Source: an uncultured bacterium (lineage in GTDB: Bacteria; Oederibacteriota; PGYV01; CAWJRG01). Taken from it: a stretch of 64,000 nt of DNA. Under the pieces are notes generated by a model. It ran no database searches, had not been told where the DNA came from, and saw only the letters and a program-made list of their open reading frames with translations. Below are positions 32,842 to 43,046 of the stretch, piece after piece (the stretch's first letter is position 1; each line of letters starts with the position of its first letter). The position numbers were made by a program, and so were the translations under genes. The stretch is from the NCBI GenBank assembly GCA_963845185.1, contig CAWJRG010000009.1, positions 352,001 through 416,000 of the forward strand, read 5' to 3'.

Positions 32842-34519
32842 CCCGCATCCGTTATATCAAATTCATAAAAGAGAATGAAAAAGGGCTAAAAGTATTATAT
32901 AATAAGGTAAATAAAAGTTTTTGAGCTGTAAAAAGGAGGACACCTAATGGGTGAAGCGAAAAAACACTGTTTTAAATTCAGTTTTACTGACAAAGTAAAA
33001 GCATATTTTAAGGGTTCTGAAATTACGTCGGACGGTGGATTAATTGCTATTCGAGAACTTGATGAAAAAATGGGTCTGACTATTTTGGCTGAAAAACACC
33101 TGACTGATAAAAGAAACGGAAGAAATATTCAACATGACTTAACCGAACTTTTACGACAATCCATATATAGCCGTTTGGCGGGCTACGAAGATGTAAATGA
33201 TGCCAAGCAACTAAGGAACGACCCTTCTTTAAGGGCAGTACTTGGTGACCGGGCATTACAGAGAAATGGCAGCAGTGAGGCCACTGTTGGAAAATTCGAA
33301 ACAGAAATACTCACCGAAGGAAATAACCTGGAAAAACTCGATGAGATGTTAATGAATTGGATAGGCAAAGCGGATAAGATTAGGGGCGTTAAAAAAATAG
33401 TGCTTGATTTGGATTCGTCCGAAAGCCCGGTATATGGTGAACAGGAAGGAAGCGCTTATAACGGTTATTTCGGATCAAAATGTTATCACCCCCTTTTCTG
33501 TTTCAATCAATTTGGAGATTGTCTTAAGGCAAAATTAAGACCGGGTAATGTCCATAGCGCCGATGCGTGGTTGGAGTTTATCGAACCCGTTTTAAGAAAT
33601 TATATCAGCAAAGGGTTTAAAGTCACCTTCCGTGCAGACGCGGCTTTTGGGATACCGGAATTATATGAACTCTGCGAAGAACTTGGCGTAGAATACGTCA
33701 TTAGGCTAAGAGAGAATAATTGCCTTGCAGAAGAGATATCCGGCTTACTGAAAAAGCCCGTCAAAAAAACCGACAAAAAGTTCATCACGCTGTATAAAGA
33801 TTTTATGTATCGAGCCAAGTCGTGGAATAAAAAAAGAAGAGTGATTGCAAAAATAGAATATCACCATGGCGAATTGTTTCCGCGGGTGGGATTTATTATA
33901 ACAAGTTTAAACTGGCTCGATAAAAAAGCAGTAAAATTTTATAACAAACGTGGTACTTGCGAACAATGGATCAAGGAGGGAAAACACACGCTGAATTGGA
34001 CGAAGCTATCCTGCAAGAGATTTAAGGAGAATGAAGCGAGATTGAAATTATTTATTTTGGCATATAATTCAGGAAATTTCTTACGGACCCTGGTTTTACC
34101 AAAGAAGATAAAACACTGGTCGTTAAAAACGATACAGTTAAAGTTGATAAAAATAGGTGGCAGATTAATAAAACATGCCAGGTATTACTGGTTGTTATTG
34201 GCCGAGGTTTCTATTACAGCAAAGATATTTTCCGGTTTAATGCATAATATTCGGAAATTACGCCCGGCAAGCGGCTGATAGAATTGGCTTGGTAACATGT
34301 AACATATTTATAGAGGAGCAAACAAAAATGATTGGACAGGCTTGTCTAAAAATATGGAATTGGGAAAGATTAGACCGAAAAATCGGGTAATCGGTATAGT
34401 TTGGAGGAAAATATTTCATTGAACCAACAGAATAAAAACATTTCTCTTGATTTTGACATCATTTGGAGTAAAATTAATGATGAAAATAGGCTGGTTGATT
34501 TTGATATGACGGATACCAG
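32842..34519 (+). mobile_element. IS1380-family insertion sequence, 1678 bp, 5-bp TSD ATGAA
   Basis: Imperfect terminal IRs CCCGCATCCGTTATATCAAATTCA and TGATTTTGATATGACGGATACCAG; ATGAA at 32837-41 and 34520-24. Confidence 0.9.
32947..34278 (+). CDS. IS1380-family DDE transposase
   Basis: ITSDGG, GYEDVND, LDLDSS, YHPLF, LRPGN, RADAAF, YNKRGTCEQWIKEGK. Confidence 0.95.
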   Translation: MGEAKKHCFKFSFTDKVKAYFKGSEITSDGGLIAIRELDEKMGLTILAEKHLTDKRNGRNIQHDLTELLRQSIYSRLAGYEDVNDAKQLRNDPSLRAVLGDRALQRNGSSEATVGKFETEILTEGNNLEKLDEMLMNWIGKADKIRGVKKIVLDLDSSESPVYGEQEGSAYNGYFGSKCYHPLFCFNQFGDCLKAKLRPGNVHSADAWLEFIEPVLRNYISKGFKVTFRADAAFGIPELYELCEELGVEYVIRLRENNCLAEEISGLLKKPVKKTDKKFITLYKDFMYRAKSWNKKRRVIAKIEYHHGELFPRVGFIITSLNWLDKKAVKFYNKRGTCEQWIKEGKHTLNWTKLSCKRFKENEARLKLFILAYNSGNFLRTLVLPKKIKHWSLKTIQLKLIKIGGRLIKHARYYWLLLAEVSITAKIFSGLMHNIRKLRPASG

Positions 34520-34627
34520 ATGAAGGTATAACAGGCAAAGCTCAGATAATAGAAATTGATGATTTTAATCTGGAATAGCAAATTTTATGCACATAAGAAT
34601 TTCATTACACCGCATTTAAAAAATTAA

Positions 34628-34656
34628 TTGACAGGATTTTGTTATTGTGTTAAATT
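34628..34656 (+). promoter_or_regulatory. Sigma70-type promoter for the PorV-like/flagellar gene run
   Basis: TTGACA-N17-TAAATT with extended TG. Confidence 0.55.
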
Positions 34657-34715
34657 GTTATAAATTTTTCAGAGTTGCAACGATTTTTTATATATTGAAA
34701 TTAACGGAGGATATT

Positions 34716-36809
34716 GTGCGCAAAAAGAGGATATTTCTGTTTATTTTAACGGGTATTTTTACTTTTGGCATGGGAATATCGGTTTTTTCGGATGATTTAA
34801 GTGATACACAGCAAATATTGTGGGAAAAGACAAAGGATCCTTTCTTTGATAAATACGGGAGCTTTGGCGCTGGTGCACGCGCAATTGGTATGGGAGAAGC
34901 ATTTTCCGCAATAGCTGATGATGCATCAGCTATTTATTACAATCCAGCAGGACTTGCTCAGATGGACCATAATGAACTATTTTGGACAGGGGGATCATAT
35001 TACAGTAGTCAGCCATATACTGATTTTGCATCCTTAGTTGCGGCATTAGGTTCCCAGTATATTGGATTGTCTTATTACAAACCATATCATCCCATTGGTG
35101 ATTACCCGGCAACAGTTCAGATACCATCAGGCGTGGGCCCGGGTGTAGGAAATTTATTTAATGACCAGCCTATAAGTATCGGTCCTGGTACATATAAGTG
35201 GTATGGCGGACTTACTGCTGCCCAGCAACAACTTCTTGGAGGTATGTATCGTAAATATATTAACCCTCCTTTTCAGGCAGACCAGGCAGCTTTGACTTAT
35301 GCCACGCCACTTACAGGCGACAAGAGTTTTATGTTCGGATTAAACGTAAAATATCAGTTTACCGATTCAGCGTACCAAAATGTACTCGGAAATAATTTTG
35401 CAGCATGGGCATGGGGACTCGACCTTGGCTTTCTGTATAAATTAAGAATGATCGAACATTTAAAAGATTTTAATATTTCCATAGTTTTGCATGATGTGTC
35501 AGGGAGCATGAAAGACTATACAACTGGTATTGAAAAGAGCCTTTATTTTTCCTCAACTATAGGTTTGTCTTTAAGAACAACCGACCTGATAGAAAAGGAA
35601 ATAACAAGTTTTTCATTTGATTTTAATTCTGTAAATGACCCGGGCGCATTTGATAATGAAAAGTACAGGATGAATTTTGGATTTGAGCAGTGGTTTCTCG
35701 AAGGGCATTTTGCGGTCCGCGGCGGTTTGGTTGATTTCCTTTATCCAGGTACGTGGAGGTTTAGCTTGGGTTTGTCAGGGAGATATTTGTTAGGAATAGA
35801 TTACGCTTATGTAAAAGCAATACCTTTTTCAGGAAAAGCGGAAAACGAAAACGACAGCCAATGGATTTCGATTTACTGGATGTGGGGCAAGACTAAAAAA
35901 GAACTTCCGACTCCTGAAGTTTTTGCGGCTGTTGAACCAATTTCTTTCGCGCCTAAAAACGGAGAAACGGTGATATTCAAGCTTAACGCGATATCTTCGG
36001 CAGGAATAGACAGATGGGCGTTAAATATACTTGATAAAAACAATAATCTTGTAAAATCTTACGCCGATATTAGCATGCCTCCGTCGCAGATAGTTTGGAA
36101 CGGCACGGATAACAAATACCAGTTGCTTCCTGATGGCGAATATACCTTTGTCTTTGAGGCGACAGATAAGCTTGGCAGCACTTCATCAACGCCTGTGCAG
36201 ACAGTAAAAATTTATACGCCTGTTCTCGAGGCAGTCAATAAATCGGCTTTAAACCAATTAAAGCAACTTTTAAACCAGTTAAAAGACAGGGAAGAGAAAG
36301 AAGATAAAGCTGTTGCAGCTGTTGCCTCTACTGAGCTTACAAAAGTAAAAAAAGCAAAAGAAAAACCTACACCTGCGCCAGTACCTCAGGTTGCATTAGT
36401 TCCGCAGGCTGTTACGCCGCCGGCAAACGTAACCGGCACAGCAGGCACGCAGGCGCAGATAAATATTGTAGGATTCCCGAATATAGAATCCGGCGCGATA
36501 AGATCGGCATATATTTCCACTGCACCGGACGGAACAAAGACGTTTAATATTGATTATATGACTGATAATACGATGCCAAAATATATATTGGGTGAGATGG
36601 CTCTTATGGCAAGGACAACAGCCGAGAGTCTCGGTTACTCAATTGACCAGATAGGTATAAATGCTTTGTACGGGCCGAATAATACAATGGCAATGGTTGT
36701 GCCTACAGCTCAGGCGCAAAATTATGCAAAAGGCGTGATTACAGCCGAACAGATGCTGCGAGGGGCTCAGATAACATTAAATGGAGAAGCAATTCTTCCA
36801 AATTTTTAG
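34716..36809 (+). CDS. PorV/UPF0164-like outer-membrane barrel protein fused to an FlgD-Ig-like domain and an unknown C-terminal domain
   Basis: GARAIGMGEAFSAIADDASAIYYNPAGL signature; amphipathic strands (WGLDLGFLY, IDYAY); IVWNGTD...LPDGEYTF; GTG start after GGAGG, in frame with listed ORF 34647. Confidence 0.75.
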   Translation: MRKKRIFLFILTGIFTFGMGISVFSDDLSDTQQILWEKTKDPFFDKYGSFGAGARAIGMGEAFSAIADDASAIYYNPAGLAQMDHNELFWTGGSYYSSQPYTDFASLVAALGSQYIGLSYYKPYHPIGDYPATVQIPSGVGPGVGNLFNDQPISIGPGTYKWYGGLTAAQQQLLGGMYRKYINPPFQADQAALTYATPLTGDKSFMFGLNVKYQFTDSAYQNVLGNNFAAWAWGLDLGFLYKLRMIEHLKDFNISIVLHDVSGSMKDYTTGIEKSLYFSSTIGLSLRTTDLIEKEITSFSFDFNSVNDPGAFDNEKYRMNFGFEQWFLEGHFAVRGGLVDFLYPGTWRFSLGLSGRYLLGIDYAYVKAIPFSGKAENENDSQWISIYWMWGKTKKELPTPEVFAAVEPISFAPKNGETVIFKLNAISSAGIDRWALNILDKNNNLVKSYADISMPPSQIVWNGTDNKYQLLPDGEYTFVFEATDKLGSTSSTPVQTVKIYTPVLEAVNKSALNQLKQLLNQLKDREEKEDKAVAAVASTELTKVKKAKEKPTPAPVPQVALVPQAVTPPANVTGTAGTQAQINIVGFPNIESGAIRSAYISTAPDGTKTFNIDYMTDNTMPKYILGEMALMARTTAESLGYSIDQIGINALYGPNNTMAMVVPTAQAQNYAKGVITAEQMLRGAQITLNGEAILPNF

Positions 36810-36823
36810 GAGAGTGGTAAACA

Positions 36824-38491
36824 ATGAGGAAAATTTTCTTCCTAACAGTAATTTATAGTTTATTTTCACTTTCCCTATTCGGCGCTTTTGATAAAGAAGG
36901 CGTCCTTGGTGTAGGGGGCAGGGCAACCGGTATGGGCGATGCATTCGGAGCTGTTGCCGATGACGGAAGCGCTTTTTACTGGAATACAGCAGGACTAACA
37001 CAGCTTGACAGGAGCGAGGTTAATTTATTTCTTGGGCCTCTTTTAAACGGCAAGGAATATTATACGCTTATTTCATATGGAGCGCCTTTTGTGCAGGATA
37101 CAGCGTGGCAATTGACGGCAATGTCACTTATACACAATGATCCTAGTTCTACCAAAGAATTTCAAATAATAGGCAGCTTCGCGTCGGCTTTAAATTTGGA
37201 AAGAACTTTTTCAGTCGGAGTAAATTTAAAATACCTGGCCTATAATTCAAACGCGTCATATACAGATCCGGTTACTAATGTAACTCTGCAGGGAATAGCA
37301 AATGGTATCGGGCTTGATGTAGGATTACTTTATCAAATACCAATGCCAGCATTTGGAAAGAAAATAAATATTGGGTTATTTATACAAGATATAGATACTG
37401 TGCTGCACTGGCAGGGCGGTACCGAAGATGAAAGAATACCCACATTATTTAAATTAGCAGGCGCGTATTATTTAGACGATAACCTACTGATAGCAGGTGA
37501 TATGGACTTTTTTTCTGATATGAATATAAGCGGAATACCATTGACAAACCCAATAACAAACTCGCAAACAGGACAGACCATAACTGCGCTGCAGCCGGAT
37601 GAAACCAGGGGACATATAGGGGTTGAGGGTTGGTTTTTTAAGAAACACCTTGGTTTACGCGGAGGATATACCAGTTTTGCGACAATGCCGGGAAGCTTTA
37701 CAGGTGGAGTATCATATAAAGAAAACAATTGGGAAATTGATTATGCATATGTAGGTCAGGCAGAGTACCTTGGCGATAGCCACAGGTTCTCTGTTATTTT
37801 AAGATTTGGGCCTGAAAAAGAGAAATTAAGGGCAATAAGCGTTGTAAGGCCTCCGACAGAACTAAAAGCATATCCCGCTAATAACGCTGTTAACCTGACA
37901 TGGGATGTAAATGAGGACCCGAATGTTACGGGTTATGCCGTGTATATGAGTAAATCTCCGGGGTCACGTTATATTCCGATTGCCAAAAGGATAAGAGAAA
38001 ATTATGTCACAGTTGACGGACTACAAGATGGCACGAGATATTATTTTGTGGTAACATCCATAAACAACACATACCCTTCGGTGGAGAGCGCATATTCAAA
38101 TGAAGCTTCAACGGTACCTGCACCTGTTGTGCCGGGAACCCCGGAAGTTTTCCCGATACAGCAGAGAAAAGCAGTTGATAGAAACGGCTTTATTGATGTT
38201 GCGTGGGGGAAGGTACCACCAGCCAATATTGCGGGTTATAATATATATATAACAGAGACATCTGGCAAGGGGTATGCTAAAGCTAACGCGTCTCCAATAA
38301 AAGATACTCATTTTACAATCAAAAATCTTGAAGTGGGGAAAAAATATTTCTATGTTTTAACAGGAGTTACAAATGATGTTCCACCGATTGAGTCAAAATT
38401 TTCAAAAGAATCGAGCGATATAGCTAAACCAGCAAGTGCTTTAGAAACACAACAGACACAGCAGTCTCAAGGTAAGCCTCAAACGAAGTAG
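36824..38491 (+). CDS. PorV/UPF0164-like outer-membrane barrel protein with two fibronectin type III domains
   Basis: GGRATGMGDAFGAVADDGSAFYWNTAGL; IDYAY...LGDSHRFSV barrel end; FN3 motifs LTWD..GYAVY..GLQDGTRYYFVVT and NLEVGKKYFYVLT. Confidence 0.78.
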   Translation: MRKIFFLTVIYSLFSLSLFGAFDKEGVLGVGGRATGMGDAFGAVADDGSAFYWNTAGLTQLDRSEVNLFLGPLLNGKEYYTLISYGAPFVQDTAWQLTAMSLIHNDPSSTKEFQIIGSFASALNLERTFSVGVNLKYLAYNSNASYTDPVTNVTLQGIANGIGLDVGLLYQIPMPAFGKKINIGLFIQDIDTVLHWQGGTEDERIPTLFKLAGAYYLDDNLLIAGDMDFFSDMNISGIPLTNPITNSQTGQTITALQPDETRGHIGVEGWFFKKHLGLRGGYTSFATMPGSFTGGVSYKENNWEIDYAYVGQAEYLGDSHRFSVILRFGPEKEKLRAISVVRPPTELKAYPANNAVNLTWDVNEDPNVTGYAVYMSKSPGSRYIPIAKRIRENYVTVDGLQDGTRYYFVVTSINNTYPSVESAYSNEASTVPAPVVPGTPEVFPIQQRKAVDRNGFIDVAWGKVPPANIAGYNIYITETSGKGYAKANASPIKDTHFTIKNLEVGKKYFYVLTGVTNDVPPIESKFSKESSDIAKPASALETQQTQQSQGKPQTK

Positions 38492-38523
38492 TAATAATAT
38501 AATAATCAGGAGGTGAATTATTA

Positions 38524-39321
38524 ATGATAAGCGGGTTGTACACAGCAGCTTCGGGTCTAATGGCCCAGTTAACAGAACAGGACGTTATTGCAAATAATCT
38601 TGCAAACGTTAACACAACAGGGTATAAAAAGGATAATGCTCTTTATGTTTCCTTCCCAAATATTTTTATGAATCGTCTGTATGATGATCAGGTAAAAATA
38701 CCAGGTGGAAGTTTAGATACTCTTTCGCCAATAGGCGTTGTAGGAAAGGGAGTACAACTCCGTGTCGATGGTGTTGTTCCGGATTTTACAACAGAAGGTT
38801 CGTATACACCGACAAACAATCAGCTTAATCTTGCTATAAAAGGCAACGGCATGTTTGTTATAGCTACAGATAAAGGTATAAGATATACAAGGGATGGTAA
38901 TTTTAAGGTCGATGCGGATCAAAGGCTGGTTACAAACGATGACTGTCCGGTACTCGGTCAAAGAGGCGAGATAATAATAGATGGCAGTGATGTTCATGTT
39001 GATGGTGGAGGGCGAGTCTTTGTTAACGGCGCTGAAACAGACACTTTACGTATAGCCTTGTTTGATAAGGCTGATAAATTAAGAAAGGAAGGCAATAATC
39101 TGTTTTATCTGCTTGATGGAGGAGCTTTGCCGGAAGATAGCTATGTTGAGAACGTAAAAATAATGCAGGGCTATCTTGAATCATCAAATGTAAACGTTGT
39201 AAAAGAAATGGTTGATATGATAACAGCTAACAGAGCATATGAAGCTTCACAACGAGCAGTACAGGCTCAGAATGAAACATTAAATAGAGCAGTAAACGAC
39301 GTAGGAATCGTTACAATATAA
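38524..39321 (+). CDS. flgF: Flagellar basal-body rod protein FlgF
   Basis: ANNLANVNTTGYK, YTRDGNF, GYLESSNVN; precedes flgG. Confidence 0.85.
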   Translation: MISGLYTAASGLMAQLTEQDVIANNLANVNTTGYKKDNALYVSFPNIFMNRLYDDQVKIPGGSLDTLSPIGVVGKGVQLRVDGVVPDFTTEGSYTPTNNQLNLAIKGNGMFVIATDKGIRYTRDGNFKVDADQRLVTNDDCPVLGQRGEIIIDGSDVHVDGGGRVFVNGAETDTLRIALFDKADKLRKEGNNLFYLLDGGALPEDSYVENVKIMQGYLESSNVNVVKEMVDMITANRAYEASQRAVQAQNETLNRAVNDVGIVTI

Positions 39322-39414
39322 AAATATCGGGAGAGAAGAGACTGGCGAAAGCGGATGTCGAATGAACTTTCGTTTTTTTCCGGACTCTCCGGATAAAAAA
39401 GGAGGTAATGTAAA

Positions 39415-40209
39415 ATGTTAAGATCTTTATGGACGGCAGCAACAGGTATGGCTGCGCAACAGCACAACATTGACACAATATCAAACAACATTGCAAACGT
39501 TAGTACAACAGCGTTTAAGAAAAACAGGGCAGAATTTCAGGATTTGCTTTATCAGACAATAAGGCCTGCCGGGGTTACAAACAATGTGGGAGCTCAGTAT
39601 CCAACACCGATTGAGATAGGACATGGAGTAAAGCTTTCGGGTACGACAAGGATATTTGAGCAAGGCGAAGCTGTTACTACGAATAATACCCTTGATTTAA
39701 TGATTAATGGTGACGGTTTTTTTCAGATTCAGATGCCTGATGGCTCTATCGCTTATACGAGAGATGGTTCATTTAAACAAGATGCAAACGGAAATATTGT
39801 GACTTCTGACGGATACTATATGGAGCCACAGATGACAATTCCGTCTGGGACATCGTCTGTTACTATAAGACAGAATGGAGAAATCGACGTAGCTATACAG
39901 GGTCAAACCAATACACAAACTGTAGGACAGATACAACTTGTAAAATTTGTGAATCCGTCGGGTTTGGCGGCTATGGGAACCAACTTATATTCAGAAACTG
40001 AAGCATCAGGAGAACCGACTGAAGGAACACCAAGCCTTGCAGGATATGGCAGCATATCACAGGGTATGCTTGAAGGGTCAAATGTGTCTGTAGTTGATGA
40101 AATGGTAAATCTTATAGCGGCGCAAAGAGCTTATGAGTTAAACGCCAGGGCTATACAAACATCCGACGAGATGCTTCAGACAGCGAATGCTCTGCCGACA
40201 GCTTTATAA
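39415..40209 (+). CDS. flgG: Flagellar distal rod protein FlgG
   Basis: MLRSLWTAATGM, RAEFQDLLYQT, AQRAYELN. Confidence 0.95.
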   Translation: MLRSLWTAATGMAAQQHNIDTISNNIANVSTTAFKKNRAEFQDLLYQTIRPAGVTNNVGAQYPTPIEIGHGVKLSGTTRIFEQGEAVTTNNTLDLMINGDGFFQIQMPDGSIAYTRDGSFKQDANGNIVTSDGYYMEPQMTIPSGTSSVTIRQNGEIDVAIQGQTNTQTVGQIQLVKFVNPSGLAAMGTNLYSETEASGEPTEGTPSLAGYGSISQGMLEGSNVSVVDEMVNLIAAQRAYELNARAIQTSDEMLQTANALPTAL

Positions 40210-40306
40210 ATAAAATAGGCGGTTTATAATGTAGCCAATTTATATTTTGGCATAAGTTGCGAAAATTTTATTAATGACTGCAAAAAAGGAAATGTGATTT
40301 TTTAAA

Positions 40307-41266
40307 ATGAAATATTGGATTATAACAGTTCTTTTAGTTATTTTTGCGGAAAACGTTGCAGCAGTGTCGATAAATACACCAACTGTTGCGCTTAAGGATA
40401 AAGAGATTTATATTGCCAAAGATAAAATTTACCTTGATGACATAGCTTTTATATACGGTTTTGACAAGGACAGGGAAGAAAAGTTAAAAGTTCTTTATAT
40501 TAAAAGAGCTGCTATACCTGGTGAAAAGGTTATAATCAGCAAAGAGCTTGTCGGGGACAAGGTGAAGCGTATTTACCAGGCGGCTGTTATTGAAGGCCCT
40601 GATGAGATTGCAGTTTTTACAAAGGAAACTGAAATAGAAGGCCAGGATGTTTTGAAAACCGCAGAGAATTATATTATGGAACACATAAAATGGCCTAAAG
40701 AAGATGTTGAAATTACGGCAGGCAAAGCAAGAGAAAATATGAAACTTACAGAAGGAAAAGTTCTTTTAAAAGTAAAAGAAAACAGCAATATCAGATTTAA
40801 GGGAAATTTAATTATTCCGGTTGAAATATATATAAACGATCAATTTTATAGAATAGAGCCTATACAGTTTTTTGTCAAGGTTACAACCGAGTGCGTAGTG
40901 ACTGAAACTGGCATAAAAAAGGGCGCCGCCCCGGATTTGAATGCCATAAAAAAGGAAAGAAAAGATATAAGTTTTTTACCAGATGATGTAATATTGGATC
41001 CGGTTGATATTGAAAATAAAATAGCAAGAAGAGCAATAGCGCCGGGATCGATTCTGCTTGCTAATATGTTTGAAGGCAAACCTTGTTTTAAAAGAGGTGA
41101 TTCAGTTTACGTTGTTGTCAAAATAAAGAATATTGAAGTCGAAACAATGGGCGTGGCTTATTCCGAAGGCAGGGAAGGCGAAAAAGTCAAGGTTAGACTT
41201 TCTAGCAATAATAAAATGGTTGAAGGTATAGTAAACAAAGAGGGAAAGGTAATAATAGAAAGATAA
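40307..41266 (+). CDS. flgA: Flagellar P-ring chaperone FlgA
   Basis: SAF-like C-terminus (KRGDSV...GREGEKVKVR); position between flgG and flgH. Confidence 0.85.
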   Translation: MKYWIITVLLVIFAENVAAVSINTPTVALKDKEIYIAKDKIYLDDIAFIYGFDKDREEKLKVLYIKRAAIPGEKVIISKELVGDKVKRIYQAAVIEGPDEIAVFTKETEIEGQDVLKTAENYIMEHIKWPKEDVEITAGKARENMKLTEGKVLLKVKENSNIRFKGNLIIPVEIYINDQFYRIEPIQFFVKVTTECVVTETGIKKGAAPDLNAIKKERKDISFLPDDVILDPVDIENKIARRAIAPGSILLANMFEGKPCFKRGDSVYVVVKIKNIEVETMGVAYSEGREGEKVKVRLSSNNKMVEGIVNKEGKVIIER

Positions 41267-41281
41267 AAGGAGAAAAGAAAT

Positions 41282-41899
41282 ATGAAGAAAAAAATTATTT
41301 TTATCACACTTCTATTTTCATGGATTTTAATAGTTGGCCAGGTCTTAGTAAAATCCGATGATGTTGCGGAAGAGGATAATATAAATTCGATTTATTCTGA
41401 CCATAAAGCCTATAAAGTTGGGGATATAGTGACAATCAACGTAGTGGAAAGTGCCCAAGCGACTCAAAGTTCTGCATTGACCACACAAAAGCAGCAAAGC
41501 CTTGGTGGAGGAATGGGCATGAGCGCGTGGGGAGGCGGTACAACAAATCCTTTTCCAAACGTGCCTTCATGGGGAATGGCCGGTGAGGAAACACAGAATG
41601 GGCAGGGGACTTCAAGCAGAAGCGGTACTTTAATGGCAAAAATAGCAGCCAAGGTTGAAAAAATTTTATCAAACGGCAACTTGGTTGTAAGAGGAGTAAA
41701 AATAGTTGATATAAATGATGAAAAACAAAATCTTATTATTACAGGGACAATAAGGCCAGAGGATATAAAAAGTGATAATACAGTAGATTCGATTAATGTC
41801 GCAGATGCAAATATTCAATACGAAGGCAAAGGCCCTCTTGCAGAGAAAACGTCTCCCGGAATTATTACCAGAATACTAGACTGGCTTGGCATATTTTAA
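41282..41899 (+). CDS. flgH: Flagellar L-ring protein
   Basis: DHKAYKVGDIVTI, NGNLVVRG, GTIRPEDI, VADANIQY. Confidence 0.93.
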   Translation: MKKKIIFITLLFSWILIVGQVLVKSDDVAEEDNINSIYSDHKAYKVGDIVTINVVESAQATQSSALTTQKQQSLGGGMGMSAWGGGTTNPFPNVPSWGMAGEETQNGQGTSSRSGTLMAKIAAKVEKILSNGNLVVRGVKIVDINDEKQNLIITGTIRPEDIKSDNTVDSINVADANIQYEGKGPLAEKTSPGIITRILDWLGIF

Positions 41900-41914
41900 A
41901 GAGGTGATTAAATA

Positions 41915-43036
41915 ATGATAAACAAAAAAAGTTTGGTTTTAATAGTTGCTGTCATTCTTATTTTAACGGCAGTTACCAGCGCCTTTGCTGTTGAGTATAA
42001 AATTAGGAATATAGCGCGTTTTAAAGGAGTAAGGGATAATCAACTTACGGGATTCGGCCTTGTGGTTGGATTGAAAGGAACCGGCGATAGACAGACAACA
42101 GTTTTTACAAATCAGGCAATAGTAAATATGCTGAAAAGATTTGGCATTGCGGATCCAGCTCAGCAAATTACAGTTAGAAATGTTGCAGCTGTTATGGTTA
42201 CTGCAAACCTACCTCCTTTTGCTAAAAAAGGAGATAAAATTGATGTTGTTGTATCATCTATGGGAGATGCCATGAATTTGGATGGAGGTGTGCTATTACA
42301 AACTGCTTTAAAAGGTGTTGATGACAAAATTTATGTAATAAGCCAGGGACCTGTTTCAACTGGCGGGGCAGATCTTTCTTCAACAGGCACAGTAGCAATA
42401 AATAATAGAAATACTGCTGGAAGAGTCCCTTCTGGTGGATCGGTTGAGCGCGAGGTTCCTGTGACTTTTGTTGATGATAAAAATAATATGTATATATTAT
42501 TGGATATTCCTGATTTTGTTACGGTTTCCAGAATGACGGATGTAATAAATTCACAGTTTTGGGGCGAGGTAGCGAATGCGGTTGATGCAGGGACTATCAG
42601 GGTAAAGGTGCCATTTGATTTCCAGAATAATCTTGTGGAATTTGCAGCTGCAGTTGAAGGGTTGTATGTTGATATAGAAGAAAAGGAAAATAAAGTAGTT
42701 GTTAATGAGAGAACAGGCACAGTTGTTATAGGCGGTGCTGTTATGTTGGATACCTGCGCTGTGGCTCACGGGAATTTCAACGTGAATATAAATGTTACAA
42801 GCCAGGTTTCACAGCCGAATCCCTTTTCACCAGGGGCATCCGCGCTTGTATATTCTGATTCAAATGTAAAAGTTGAGGGCGGCGGAAATCAGCTTGTTAC
42901 ACTCCCTGCCAGTACAAACGTGCAGGACTTGGTAAACGCGTTAAATGTCCTTGGCGCCTCTCCAAAAGATATAATAAGCATACTGCAGGCAATAAAAGCA
43001 GCTGGTGCTCTTCATGCCGAGCTTGAAATAATGTAA
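41915..43036 (+). CDS. flgI: Flagellar P-ring protein
   Basis: GVRDNQLTGFGLVVGLKGTGD, NVAAVMVTA, ILQAIKAAGAL. Confidence 0.96.
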   Translation: MINKKSLVLIVAVILILTAVTSAFAVEYKIRNIARFKGVRDNQLTGFGLVVGLKGTGDRQTTVFTNQAIVNMLKRFGIADPAQQITVRNVAAVMVTANLPPFAKKGDKIDVVVSSMGDAMNLDGGVLLQTALKGVDDKIYVISQGPVSTGGADLSSTGTVAINNRNTAGRVPSGGSVEREVPVTFVDDKNNMYILLDIPDFVTVSRMTDVINSQFWGEVANAVDAGTIRVKVPFDFQNNLVEFAAAVEGLYVDIEEKENKVVVNERTGTVVIGGAVMLDTCAVAHGNFNVNINVTSQVSQPNPFSPGASALVYSDSNVKVEGGGNQLVTLPASTNVQDLVNALNVLGASPKDIISILQAIKAAGALHAELEIM

Positions 43037-43046
43037 GGAGAAAAAA

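Larger units (their letters stand above)
32380..34578 (+). pseudogene. Membrane-anchored hypothetical protein with C-terminus displaced by IS1380 (pieces 32380-32841 and 34525-34578)
   Basis: N-terminal TM helix; the empty site reads ...IELYE-GITGKAQIIEIDDFNLE*. Confidence 0.7.

Noticed and set aside
32849..34512. Alternative IS1380 ends with a 2-bp AT duplication
   Set aside because: Ends at 32842/34519 give equal-length IRs, a family-typical 5-bp TSD and a more plausible restored ORF
39325..39394. c-di-GMP-I riboswitch before flgG
   Set aside because: No GGCAAACC...GACGCAAAGC-type core
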